DNA of 64,000 nucleotides, from IMG/VR virus record IMGVR_UViG_3300014043_000154, positions 1,262 through 65,261 of that record; one strand, written 5' to 3'. A program made the translations under genes and the position numbers. The notes under the pieces are model-generated. The model was not told the DNA's origin. It ran no database searches and saw only the letters and a list, made by a program, of their open reading frames with translations. This document shows, one piece after another, positions 25,049 through 33,733 of this stretch; position 1 is the first letter of the stretch, and each line of letters begins with the position of its first letter. The stretch is from a virus (Duplodnaviria; Caudoviricetes).

Positions 25049-27298
25049 TTATCCTCCGATCAGCTTGACCATCTGCGCATACGTGATCTTCTTCGTGCCG
25101 AGGCACTTCGTAAGGCCGTCTCCGTAATGTCCCGGCATCTCTACACCGTCCGGATCCTTTCCGATGAGCATAGCGATGATCTCCACAGCAGTGACCATAT
25201 ACTGTGTCTCGCCATACTCGACGTAGTGGCCGGCCATAACCGCATCCGTCTTCGGTCCCCTGTCGCCGTCTTCCTTGAGGTTCGCGTGATAGTCCATGTT
25301 CGCAGCACGCTGGATGACGCGGATGCACTGCTCCCTGGTCTCTGTACCGAAGATGCCGTCGACCGCGATACGGTGTCCGGTGAAATTGATCGAATGCTGC
25401 TGGCCGGCACGGATGAGCTCCATCGTCTTGTCCGGTTCGGGCATCGTATAGACTGCGCCCACCTCACGGCCATCGGTCCATTCGTTCCGCTTGACCTTGA
25501 ACGGCTGGGACGCATCTTTCCATCTCCATGTATCTCCTGCATCGTATTTCGTGCAGATCCCCGTCTTCGGATCGTATGAGACCTGCCAGTACGAATGATT
25601 GAAGGAGCCGTTCTTGTACATGACGACGACAGCATTCCCGGTGACCTTCTCCGGATCCGCAGCTTTCACCCATCCCATATCGAGAAGGGCTTTCTCGAGG
25701 TTGCTTCCTGCCCAGCCGCCATGAGGCTGATGTTTGATACCGTGCCTGTAAAGAGCGAGGGAAATAAGCCTGTCGCAGGAGATGGTATTGTCAGCACAGG
25801 GCGGGTATACATGGGAATTTCCATACGCCCAGCCTTCTTTCTTGGCTTCCGCAACGATCTGCCCCATGGTCTTTGTGAGATCTTCCGGAGTGAAATCCTC
25901 GTCGGAATTTGCTCCGGCCATCTCCTCGAGCCTCTTCTCGATCCGGTCAAGCGTCTCGATATCGGCGATACCGGTGACCTTCAGGCCTTCGTACTGCTGG
26001 AACAGGCGCACCTGCTCCTCGGTATTCGTTCCGAAGTCGCCGTCCTTTTTAAGGTGTGCCTCATACCACTTGCCCGCGGCATTCTGACGGACGGAGTAAT
26101 AGCCGAGCGTGTCAAGGTCGGTCTGCAGCTTGAGTACGGCCTTACCGTTGGAGCCTTTCTTCAGTGTCTCCCTGGTCTTGCCGGCCAGCTGCTCCATGTA
26201 CTTCTTGACCTCGGATTTATACTTTTCCCATGTCCAGTTTGTACCCTTGCCTGCGTCCCTCTTGTGGGGCGACGGGCAGTTCTTCGTGGTGATATCACCG
26301 TGGCGGAGCAGCCTGTCGATCGACAGTCCATAGACCGTCAGGAATGCGGCCGCAAGCTTGGCGCTGGTGACCTGCGTCGCTTCCGTGAAATACCACGTCT
26401 CGTTATCATTGTTCTTACCGGATGCCGTATAGGTCGCGCACTCCACACCGACAGTGTTGTGGTTCCTTGCCGTTGCGTGGATGTAGGAAAATCCGCTCGA
26501 CGCTCCGACGTGCCAGAGCTTGTCTGTCGCAAGCGCTGCCTGATAGCATTTGCCGTCCTTGCTGATGTAGTAATGACCGCCGTACCCTCCGCCGTAAAGG
26601 TCGGGGTTCTCGCCATTGACGCCGAGATAATGCTCCGCGAAATACTCGTGCGTGTTGGCGTTGTGCGCAGGCACCTGCCCGCGGTTCTGCGCGATCCGGT
26701 CGATCAGGTTGACGCCAAGGGCGGCCAGAGCCTCCCTGACGGTTGTATATTTCTTAGCCACAGATGATCCTCCTTTGTCTCTTTCCGTGAGTTTCCACAT
26801 CTTCACGATGTCCATGACTGACTTTGAGTAATCCGGATCCGTGCAGTATCCGCGGGAACGGACAGTCTCGATCAGTGTCTCCGGATCCTTGATTGTCAGG
26901 ACATCCCTGTATTTGTACTTGCCACCCACTGAGTAACGGGCATCCCGCATGAACTGCAGATAGTCGCACAGGCAGTCGAGATAGTTCTGCGGGCTGTCGG
27001 GACTGCGGTCATACACGCGGAACACATCAGGGATCTGTTTCTTGACGCCGTTGTACCACTCTGGCGTAACCTTGCTGTGCGTGTGGCCGCCCCAGTACTC
27101 GGATTTCCATGTATCGCTGAGCAGTTCCTTCTTCACGCCGACGACATTGCAGATCGATTCTTTCGACAGATCTGTCGTGCCGTACCCGGTCTCCTGCGCC
27201 GTCTGTGCTGTCAGGATCTCCGGGAGATATCCTCCGATGATCTGACAGGCCTTCACCGCGAGTGGCCATATCATGTCTATCCATTCTTTCTGTGTCAT
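25049..27298 (-). CDS. Multi-domain endolysin (GH73 glucosaminidase + amidase_2 + PG-binding + NlpC/P60-like)
   Basis: AQTAQETGYG/YCTDPDY; HY...HVG...GVE...HGD..KNCP; LKKGSNG...DGDFG; SCDRLIS...H. Confidence 0.85.
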   Translation of the reverse strand: MTQKEWIDMIWPLAVKACQIIGGYLPEILTAQTAQETGYGTTDLSKESICNVVGVKKELLSDTWKSEYWGGHTHSKVTPEWYNGVKKQIPDVFRVYDRSPDSPQNYLDCLCDYLQFMRDARYSVGGKYKYRDVLTIKDPETLIETVRSRGYCTDPDYSKSVMDIVKMWKLTERDKGGSSVAKKYTTVREALAALGVNLIDRIAQNRGQVPAHNANTHEYFAEHYLGVNGENPDLYGGGYGGHYYISKDGKCYQAALATDKLWHVGASSGFSYIHATARNHNTVGVECATYTASGKNNDNETWYFTEATQVTSAKLAAAFLTVYGLSIDRLLRHGDITTKNCPSPHKRDAGKGTNWTWEKYKSEVKKYMEQLAGKTRETLKKGSNGKAVLKLQTDLDTLGYYSVRQNAAGKWYEAHLKKDGDFGTNTEEQVRLFQQYEGLKVTGIADIETLDRIEKRLEEMAGANSDEDFTPEDLTKTMGQIVAEAKKEGWAYGNSHVYPPCADNTISCDRLISLALYRHGIKHQPHGGWAGSNLEKALLDMGWVKAADPEKVTGNAVVVMYKNGSFNHSYWQVSYDPKTGICTKYDAGDTWRWKDASQPFKVKRNEWTDGREVGAVYTMPEPDKTMELIRAGQQHSINFTGHRIAVDGIFGTETREQCIRVIQRAANMDYHANLKEDGDRGPKTDAVMAGHYVEYGETQYMVTAVEIIAMLIGKDPDGVEMPGHYGDGLTKCLGTKKITYAQMVKLIGG

Positions 27299-27312
27299 AT
27301 TTCCTCCAAAGT

Positions 27313-27356
27313 AAAAAAGGGAGCCTTCCGGCTCCCTCGATCCCCCGCAGGGGGAT
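27313..27356 (-). terminator. Terminator plus GCA-loop hairpin between holin and endolysin
   Basis: GGGAGCC-GGAA-GGCTCCC-TTTTTT on minus; ATCCCCC-GCA-GGGGGAT at 27340-27356. Confidence 0.65.
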
Positions 27357-27360
27357 TCAA

Positions 27361-27735
27361 TTATTCATCTTCATCTGTATCATCTTCAAGGCATGCAGAA
27401 TCATTGATCTTGCCATCATCGAGCAGGTCTTTAACTTCTCCGAACCAGATATCTACGATCTTCATAAGTGCCTCGTCCGTGATAAAGAACTGCATCCATC
27501 CGGGTAAGAGGCCGCGCGCCTTGCTCACAACGTATTTGAGCTTTTTCCGGCCTTCTCCGGAGATATAGATGCGCTCTGCCTTGAGCATGTACTGATACGC
27601 CTGGGCGCGGATCCCGTCAAGTCCCCTCATCTTCGCATTCTGATATCCGATGTAGACCGTCACACAGATAAGCATGATCAGGAGTACGACAAGGATCGGT
27701 GCCGGCACCGATAAAATAGCTGTCCAGATGTCCAT
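27361..27735 (-). CDS. Holin (LL-H-like)
   Basis: Single N-terminal TM, G..KLKYV motif, directly upstream of lysin. Confidence 0.7.
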   Translation of the reverse strand: MDIWTAILSVPAPILVVLLIMLICVTVYIGYQNAKMRGLDGIRAQAYQYMLKAERIYISGEGRKKLKYVVSKARGLLPGWMQFFITDEALMKIVDIWFGEVKDLLDDGKINDSACLEDDTDEDE

Positions 27736-27744
27736 GGATCCCTC

Positions 27745-28131
27745 CTATTTATTGTTGAGAAACTTGATAATGTCCGTCTCGGCCTGCCTGAGGCTGGCCG
27801 TGTCGTTGCCATCGATCGCATGCCTTAGAAGGGCGTGCGTACCGAGAAGTATCACCTTCATCTCCTCCTGTACGGAATTGATCTGTTCAAAATCCCTGTT
27901 AGCCTTGCGCTCGAGCTCCTTGAGGCGGTTCTCGTGATCTTCCAACTTGGCGTTCTGCTCCACTTCGGGGCGCCTGAAGATCCCGACCGCACGGGCTACC
28001 CAGACAACGGCAGCTCCAATGATGCCGATTCCGCCGCATACAGCGAGAATGATTTGGATGATATCGTTAACTGAATACAATGTCTGCAATGGTTTTCCTC
28101 CGCTGTTGTCAATTAAAAAAGAGATGCGCAA
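27745..28131 (-). CDS. Lysis-cassette membrane protein
   Basis: N-terminal TM plus coiled coil. Confidence 0.6.
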   Translation of the reverse strand: MRISFLIDNSGGKPLQTLYSVNDIIQIILAVCGGIGIIGAAVVWVARAVGIFRRPEVEQNAKLEDHENRLKELERKANRDFEQINSVQEEMKVILLGTHALLRHAIDGNDTASLRQAETDIIKFLNNK

Positions 28132-28191
28132 AGCATCTCCGAAGGTTCATCCCGCGATCGATTCATATAATCCTCCATTAAAAAAGGAGCC

Positions 28192-28440
28192 TCACGGCTC
28201 CACGAGCTCACCGAATGCCTCAGTGATAATTTCTTTGATTTTCTGCATGTCGGCCTTGATCTGCTCGGCACTCTCGGAAGACATCCTGTCATCTTTGAGC
28301 ATGGCAATCGTCCAGGCCTGACGAGTTATCATCCTCGACATTTGGGCAATGCACTCTGCCTGCTTTGCTGTCAGATCGTCATAATAAGACAGAAGTTCAA
28401 GCAGTTCGCCGTTCGTTTTATCCATAAGTGCTCCTTCCAT
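28192..28440 (-). CDS. Hypothetical coiled-coil protein
   Basis: ORF coupled to upstream gene. Confidence 0.55.
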   Translation of the reverse strand: MEGALMDKTNGELLELLSYYDDLTAKQAECIAQMSRMITRQAWTIAMLKDDRMSSESAEQIKADMQKIKEIITEAFGELVEP

Positions 28441-28856
28441 TAAAATATCCGATACCGAGGCTTCTCTTCACTGAAGAACCAGTATCGGACATAATCATCA
28501 AGTATTATAGCGACTCCTCCCAAGAGGAACCAAAGCGCCGTGAATTGCGGGCATATCTGGCCAAGTATATTGAATGGGAGATTGCTATAATCCCACACAT
28601 TAAGACCGAGATAAACATTCAGCACAATACCGCTTAAAAATTCGATCCACGTAATCGTGATACAGCATACGAGCATCTGCGTTGCGAGCGGAAGTTCCCA
28701 AGGGAAAAATTCGTTCAGAAGTCCGCAGAGGATGAACGCAATCCCCCCGACGAAGAACATGCTCCAATGAGACCGTCCGCGAAAGATATGCTCCAACATG
28801 CAGTACACAATCCCACCGACGCACAAAAGGAACACATATTTCAGCAGAGCTTTCAT
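28440..28856 (-). CDS. Membrane protein of the 'putative ABC transporter permease' family
   Basis: GRSHWSM..GG, IEFLSG, WDYS.LPFN..GQICP.F. Confidence 0.8.
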   Translation of the reverse strand: MKALLKYVFLLCVGGIVYCMLEHIFRGRSHWSMFFVGGIAFILCGLLNEFFPWELPLATQMLVCCITITWIEFLSGIVLNVYLGLNVWDYSNLPFNILGQICPQFTALWFLLGGVAIILDDYVRYWFFSEEKPRYRIF

Positions 28857-29539
28857 CCGACAGCCTCCTGATACAGGACCTTCAGAACGTCGCTCTGGTA
28901 CTGCTCCGGGATGGTATCACCATACGTTATAGCCGAGATTGTCGACGCCTTGCGGAGCGCCTTTATCCACTGGAATGCTGAGTTCGTGTACGTCGTGTGG
29001 AACGTCTTGAAAGCCATCGCCGCATTGATAATCAGCACGGCATCTGTAGCTGAATAAAAGCGGCACGGCTCCCCGTCAGAATGATACTCTACCTGCTCCA
29101 TTCCGGCTGCGAGCTGTGCCTGTTTGCCGAAAAGGTTCAGCTGATCTTCATCGGTCATCGAGAAATGTTTCACAGAACCGTCAGATAATGTGACGTCCAC
29201 GCCGGCGAAGATTGTCTCATTGCAGATCTGAGAGATCTCGGAGCGTTTTGCCGCACGCACAGATTCAATCTGCAGATAGTCTGCATTGATTCCCTCTTCT
29301 TTATCGGAAAGCTGTGAGAACCAGAACGCGATATCGTTCCTTATCTCTCTTTCTGCTACGCTTGCTGCTGTGACAATCGCAAATATCTCATCAGCTTCGT
29401 ATATCGTAACCTCAGCCCCCTCAGAATCAGTCATCACCCCTTCTGTCTGATTCTGGCGTATCCAGATCTGGGCTGTTCCGTCGGCCTGCACCATGTAAAG
29501 AAGGTCATCGAGCGGAGCCCCGCTGTTAACTTTATGCAT
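28853..29539 (-). CDS. DUF4376-like tail-associated protein
   Basis: HFS.TDEDQLNL, YHSDGEPCRFYS, HTTY.N. Confidence 0.65.
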   Translation of the reverse strand: MHKVNSGAPLDDLLYMVQADGTAQIWIRQNQTEGVMTDSEGAEVTIYEADEIFAIVTAASVAEREIRNDIAFWFSQLSDKEEGINADYLQIESVRAAKRSEISQICNETIFAGVDVTLSDGSVKHFSMTDEDQLNLFGKQAQLAAGMEQVEYHSDGEPCRFYSATDAVLIINAAMAFKTFHTTYTNSAFQWIKALRKASTISAITYGDTIPEQYQSDVLKVLYQEAVG

Positions 29540-30884
29540 AAGCTATCCTCCATAACTTATAATAATTTTTTTGTTGATATCCTTTACCCTTCTCGTAGTC
29601 GCTGACTATCTTTCGTGCTATCTTTACCAGACCATCGACATACCTCCGTCGGATCTGGTAACTGTTCGAACTCTTAAAACTGCCGTACTGCGCCGCCACG
29701 CCTCTGGCCAGCTTTATTGATACCTGCTCCCCTTTCCGGACTTTGCGGCTGAGCCTGTTCAGTTTCCTGCGGGCACGGAGAAAAATGCTGTCACGGATCG
29801 TGACCCATATCTTTTTATGCCGCTTCCTTGCCCCCGGGTACTGCTTCTCGCTCACAGCGCCTCCATGGAAGACAACGCCCATGAAATCAAGGTCCCTTCC
29901 CCTCCTCTTTCCATGCTTATCAAGATATGATGATCGGAATACGGACCAGTTGTCTTTGACCTTGACGCCGAGCTTCTCCCGGCAGTAATCAATGATCATC
30001 CGCACAGCTGTGTGGATGTCCTTCTTGTTAGGCCCATAGATGAGAATGTCATCCATGTATATCAGGATATGGGAGAAGAGGCGGACACGCTTTGTCTTTC
30101 CTCTTCTGGTCGATACCTTCGCAAGCCGCTCCGAGGCATAGTGGTAAAGGGTTGACAGGTAGTAATTACATAAATCCTTGCTTGCGGGAGAACCTATCAA
30201 AATTCCGGATTCAGCAGGGAACTTTGCATCCGGATCCGGGAATTCTTCATAAATCCCAACGATGGTGTGGATGAGGTACAGCATGTCAGCGTTCTTATGG
30301 ATATCCCTGTCGAGCATCGCAAGGAGCTTGTCATGGGGTATGGATGGATAGCATTTCGTGATATCCATCTTAGCCCCGAACTTTGTTCCTTCAACATCCC
30401 CTGACAGCCATTTCTTGACCGCCTTTATGCCGTAGCTCTGTCCCTTTCCCTTGATCGATGCGACCTGATACTCTCCGACCTTGGCCGTAAAGAGCGGGTC
30501 GGCAGCATACCGGAAAAGATTCTCGTAGATCTTCAGCATGGCGCATTCAATCCCCAGCGTACGCATCTTCCGCGAACCGCAGTCATTGATCGGCTCGTAC
30601 CGGATCACCTTCTGACCGACCAGGTTCTCCATAATGTGTTCCCGGACACGGCGCCTTGCGATGGCGTCTGATATCTCAAACGCCATCAGCTGCGCAGTTT
30701 CTTCGAGAAACGGGTCTCTTGGTTTCATATGTTCCTTCAAAAATCGGTTTGATTTCCCTGAAAACTTATGGAATATCCTTCTGGACCATGCTTTTCCGCA
30801 CTTGTTGCTGTCCATAAAATCCAGTATAGAGTCGACGATGAATCCAATATCGCGAATATTCACTTCCTTACAGTGTGTCTTCAT
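29532..30884 (-). CDS. DGR reverse transcriptase
   Basis: KMDITKCYPSI, GILIGSPASKDLCNYYL, YMDD, DFMG; adjacent TR/VR pair. Confidence 0.95.
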   Translation of the reverse strand: MKTHCKEVNIRDIGFIVDSILDFMDSNKCGKAWSRRIFHKFSGKSNRFLKEHMKPRDPFLEETAQLMAFEISDAIARRRVREHIMENLVGQKVIRYEPINDCGSRKMRTLGIECAMLKIYENLFRYAADPLFTAKVGEYQVASIKGKGQSYGIKAVKKWLSGDVEGTKFGAKMDITKCYPSIPHDKLLAMLDRDIHKNADMLYLIHTIVGIYEEFPDPDAKFPAESGILIGSPASKDLCNYYLSTLYHYASERLAKVSTRRGKTKRVRLFSHILIYMDDILIYGPNKKDIHTAVRMIIDYCREKLGVKVKDNWSVFRSSYLDKHGKRRGRDLDFMGVVFHGGAVSEKQYPGARKRHKKIWVTIRDSIFLRARRKLNRLSRKVRKGEQVSIKLARGVAAQYGSFKSSNSYQIRRRYVDGLVKIARKIVSDYEKGKGYQQKNYYKLWRIAYA

Positions 30885-31066
30885 AGATCCACCTTTCTTT
30901 CTGTATTCAAGGCCGTTCGGTTTTACTACTAGGTCCCACCCATGCCCACTACCGTCATGGGGCCGGCTTCCGGTTGCCCTTCGGCCAGTGCTGGTTCAGC
31001 AATTTTAAGCTCTGCTAAAGCCCATTCGGGGTGGAGTCAAGCCCCACGAAACATGACGCTCTGATA
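30885..31066 (-). ncRNA. DGR spacer RNA between TR and RT
   Basis: Non-coding, GC-rich, hairpin-containing; position equivalent to the Bordetella sp region. Confidence 0.55.
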
Positions 31067-31174
31067 CAGAAATACGGGCGGCATAGTTCCAGTTCGCGTT
31101 CGACAGAGCGTTGTTCACGTTGACATAGAAGCGCCCCGCGTTAGCCCCGTTGTTCAGGTTGCCGCCGACAAGGA
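31067..31174 (-). repeat. DGR template repeat (TR)
   Basis: 108 bp with 10 AAC codons; differs from VR only at adenines. Confidence 0.97.
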
Positions 31175-31233
31175 ACAGCCCGTCGCGTCATGAGTCCTTA
31201 TTGGGAGATACCGATTTTTAGTTCTTCAAAATT

Positions 31234-31286
31234 GTCCGCTTCGCGGGACTTGGAGGGGGAAAACCCCCTCTGCCGTCTGCGCGGCA
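31234..31286 (-). other. Hairpins downstream of VR/IMH
   Basis: CCGC-GAA-GCGG (31246-31236), GAGGGGG-TTTT-CCCCCTC (31270-31253), TGCCG-N6-CGGCA (31286-31271). Confidence 0.75.
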
Positions 31287-31294
31287 TTCACCCC

Positions 31295-32875
31295 CTAAGC
31301 GGCGGCTGCGCCGCACGCTCCCAGAGCAGAAAGACGGGCGGCAAAGGCCCAGTACGCGCCCGACAGAGCGTTGGCCACGGCGACATAGAAGCGCCCCGCG
31401 GAAGCCCCGTGGGACAGGGGGCCGCCGACAAGGACTTCTCTGACGCCATTCGTGGTTTCCGTGTTGTTGTTCATGCCATATGTATTGTCTGCATATCCCG
31501 TAGTCGAGGTAGCGTCCCTTTCGATCGGGAAGCGAACGAACGGATGATTTGCGTCATATCCCATTACCGAGATATAGCCGTTGTTGCCACCAATACCTGA
31601 TACCGTGTATGCGACTTCTGAGTAGTCCGCCGTAGGTGCGCTGGTCTTGATGTTCGCAGTATCGTAGGTGACATACATCTTACCAATTCCGGCCGTGATC
31701 TTATAGACAACATTAGACAGGACGATGTACTGTCCCCATGCGCACTCCACGCCGAAGAGCTTATACGGGTATTCTCCAGATGAGTTGCTTGCCGGCGATC
31801 CGCAGGACCCGAGAACGCCATCCGTCGCTCCGCTCCTCCACGGCATAGCGGAAATATAACACGCGGTAGTTGTGTTAAAAGTCTCTCCGCCAGTATCAAT
31901 GTAAATAGCGCTATTTCCGTTCCCAAGATCGGTGATCTGAGTGATCGGCTTACGGTCGACGATGTTATGCATATATGCATAGTTACGGTCAAGTTTCGTC
32001 GCGTCATCCGGAAGACCAACCGATACAATAGACCCGACTTTGAACTTGGCAGCCTGTGCATTCGTAACGATAACTCTTGACACCCCTGTCTCGCCTGCGG
32101 CCAGAGTGTGCTGCATGCTGTAAGAAGTACATCCCTTCATAATCGACTGGGTATCCCTTGTTGCAAAGGTCACAAGGAAGATCATGTTGAGGAACTCGTA
32201 CTCCTGTACCGTCTCCATCGCATACTGAGATCCTTTTGCAGCGGCTGTGGTTATATTGACATTATGCGACATATGATGCGCTATGTCTGCTCCGGATACG
32301 GACATCGGAACACCATTGTTGAGCGACGCGCCATAGCAGGCAATCGGGATGAAGTCTCGGACCGTTCCGTTCGGCTTGATCGCCGGTCCCACGGGCGCAT
32401 ATCCCGTCTTCCTCGACAGGCACAGGTCGATCTCTTCACCATTCGTGAAATCATACTTGAAGTACAGGGTCGGGAAGAGCATGTATGTATCTCTTGTTTC
32501 CCGGCTGAACTCCGCATCCGTATCAAAGTAATCGACGCAGAACTCTCCGGAGGAGTTCACATGGCCATTAACGATCATCCCATAGAAATATGTATCGAAG
32601 TCGTTCCGGGCAGCCGACTGGTCTGTCGACGGATACGCCACAAGGTTAGCTGCATTCTTTGTGCGGGTACCCGCAGAGAGGTTGGATGTGGCCCATGACG
32701 GCCAGCTTGCCCCGAATTCCAGATTCGCATAACGGCTCGCGCGTGTACGGAAGTAGTTTGCCGCGATCCGGGTCTTTGCAAGCTCATCCTGCCCGGATAC
32801 GACATTCAGGATATCCTGGACATAGGACAGGATAAGGTCCTGCCGCTCCCGCGAAGCTAAATAAATATCTGACAT
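31295..32875 (-). CDS. DGR target protein, putative receptor-binding protein with C-terminal CLec-type variable domain
   Basis: VR in last ~45 codons; VLVGG...GAS AGRFY...S.A...FAARLS pattern; located in tail-tip cluster. Confidence 0.9.
   Translation of the reverse strand: MSDIYLASRERQDLILSYVQDILNVVSGQDELAKTRIAANYFRTRASRYANLEFGASWPSWATSNLSAGTRTKNAANLVAYPSTDQSAARNDFDTYFYGMIVNGHVNSSGEFCVDYFDTDAEFSRETRDTYMLFPTLYFKYDFTNGEEIDLCLSRKTGYAPVGPAIKPNGTVRDFIPIACYGASLNNGVPMSVSGADIAHHMSHNVNITTAAAKGSQYAMETVQEYEFLNMIFLVTFATRDTQSIMKGCTSYSMQHTLAAGETGVSRVIVTNAQAAKFKVGSIVSVGLPDDATKLDRNYAYMHNIVDRKPITQITDLGNGNSAIYIDTGGETFNTTTACYISAMPWRSGATDGVLGSCGSPASNSSGEYPYKLFGVECAWGQYIVLSNVVYKITAGIGKMYVTYDTANIKTSAPTADYSEVAYTVSGIGGNNGYISVMGYDANHPFVRFPIERDATSTTGYADNTYGMNNNTETTNGVREVLVGGPLSHGASAGRFYVAVANALSGAYWAFAARLSALGACGAAAA
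31327..31434 (-). repeat. DGR variable repeat (VR)
   Basis: 18 substitutions vs TR, all at TR adenines. Confidence 0.97.
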
Positions 32876-32957
32876 AACGTCCTCCTTAGTTTAATACATT
32901 TGTTATCTCACGCTCCAAAATGTTAAAGAATAACACTCAGTCTGTTATTTATGACCA

Positions 32958-33467
32958 TCATGTCATCTGTTTTGCCAAGACATCACCGTTCGCGATCTGG
33001 ATGGTATACGCTGCCCCAGTGACGGAATCGATGATATGCGGCTGTGCCTGCACCGATGTGTACGGCTGCCAATAGTTGGCATTTGACAGCGCAGTGCCGG
33101 CAGGAACGTCATCCCTCGATATATACGAGACCTGCGTGGTCTCGTCATAGACCACGCTCAGGCGGTCATATGCTTTGGTCGGATCGTGCACCCCTTCGAG
33201 GGACGGGCTCACTTTGACCGTTACGGTATTCGCCATATTTTTTGTACTTACCTCCAGAACTCCATCATTGACAGCGAGGCGGACCCTGTCTGAGGCTGTG
33301 ATGCACAGCACTCCCTCAGTGGTCATGACGGCCTCTAGTTTCGCCTTCCTTGCTATTTCGAGTACCTCGCCGGTTAAATATATCCTGATGCCTCCGGGGA
33401 GAGTTAAATGGCCATACAGGCCATTTCCGACAACCCCCGCATAAGAGCCTCCTACCATTTCAAGCAT
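32958..33467 (-). CDS. Tail/baseplate accessory protein
   Basis: YDRLSVV...SYISR..VPAG..L.N..YW motif seen in tail proteins. Confidence 0.6.
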   Translation of the reverse strand: MLEMVGGSYAGVVGNGLYGHLTLPGGIRIYLTGEVLEIARKAKLEAVMTTEGVLCITASDRVRLAVNDGVLEVSTKNMANTVTVKVSPSLEGVHDPTKAYDRLSVVYDETTQVSYISRDDVPAGTALSNANYWQPYTSVQAQPHIIDSVTGAAYTIQIANGDVLAKQMT

Positions 33468-33733
33468 TCGATCTCGACCTCCCCGGCAGCGCCATCGCCC
33501 CCGAGGACATAGACTGTATCGACAGATGTGTACTTACAGTCATCTGTCCGGCAGGTATGCACGCGCCACATATCCTCTCCTATGCGCATCATGTCTTCCT
33601 GATCCTCCTCTTCCCCGAATGATACATAGATATCCGAGCCGGTAAAGTTCAGAATCAGGAATTCGCATCCCTTCACATCAAACTGAAAAACCGTTGTCTG
33701 TTCAGCTTCAACTGTATCACGAATCATTTTCAT
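33452..33733 (-). CDS. Hypothetical tail-region protein
   Basis: ORF coupled in tail operon. Confidence 0.55.
   Translation of the reverse strand: MKMIRDTVEAEQTTVFQFDVKGCEFLILNFTGSDIYVSFGEEEDQEDMMRIGEDMWRVHTCRTDDCKYTSVDTVYVLGGDGAAGEVEIECLKW

Noticed and set aside
25595-26767. 390-aa plus-strand ORF, and similar long antisense ORFs (14394..15377, 53879..54901, 58621..59568)
   Set aside because: Shadows of well-supported minus-strand genes, with no RBS or recognisable motifs
28440-28856. Host ABC transporter gene marking a prophage boundary
   Set aside because: Single small membrane gene coupled to phage genes on both sides, with no ATPase or binding-protein partner
29532-30884. Group II intron, retron or Abi-type RT
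   Set aside because: The adjacent adenine-specific TR/VR pair and the IGxxxS motif identify a DGR; no intron domain V or flanking exon split seen
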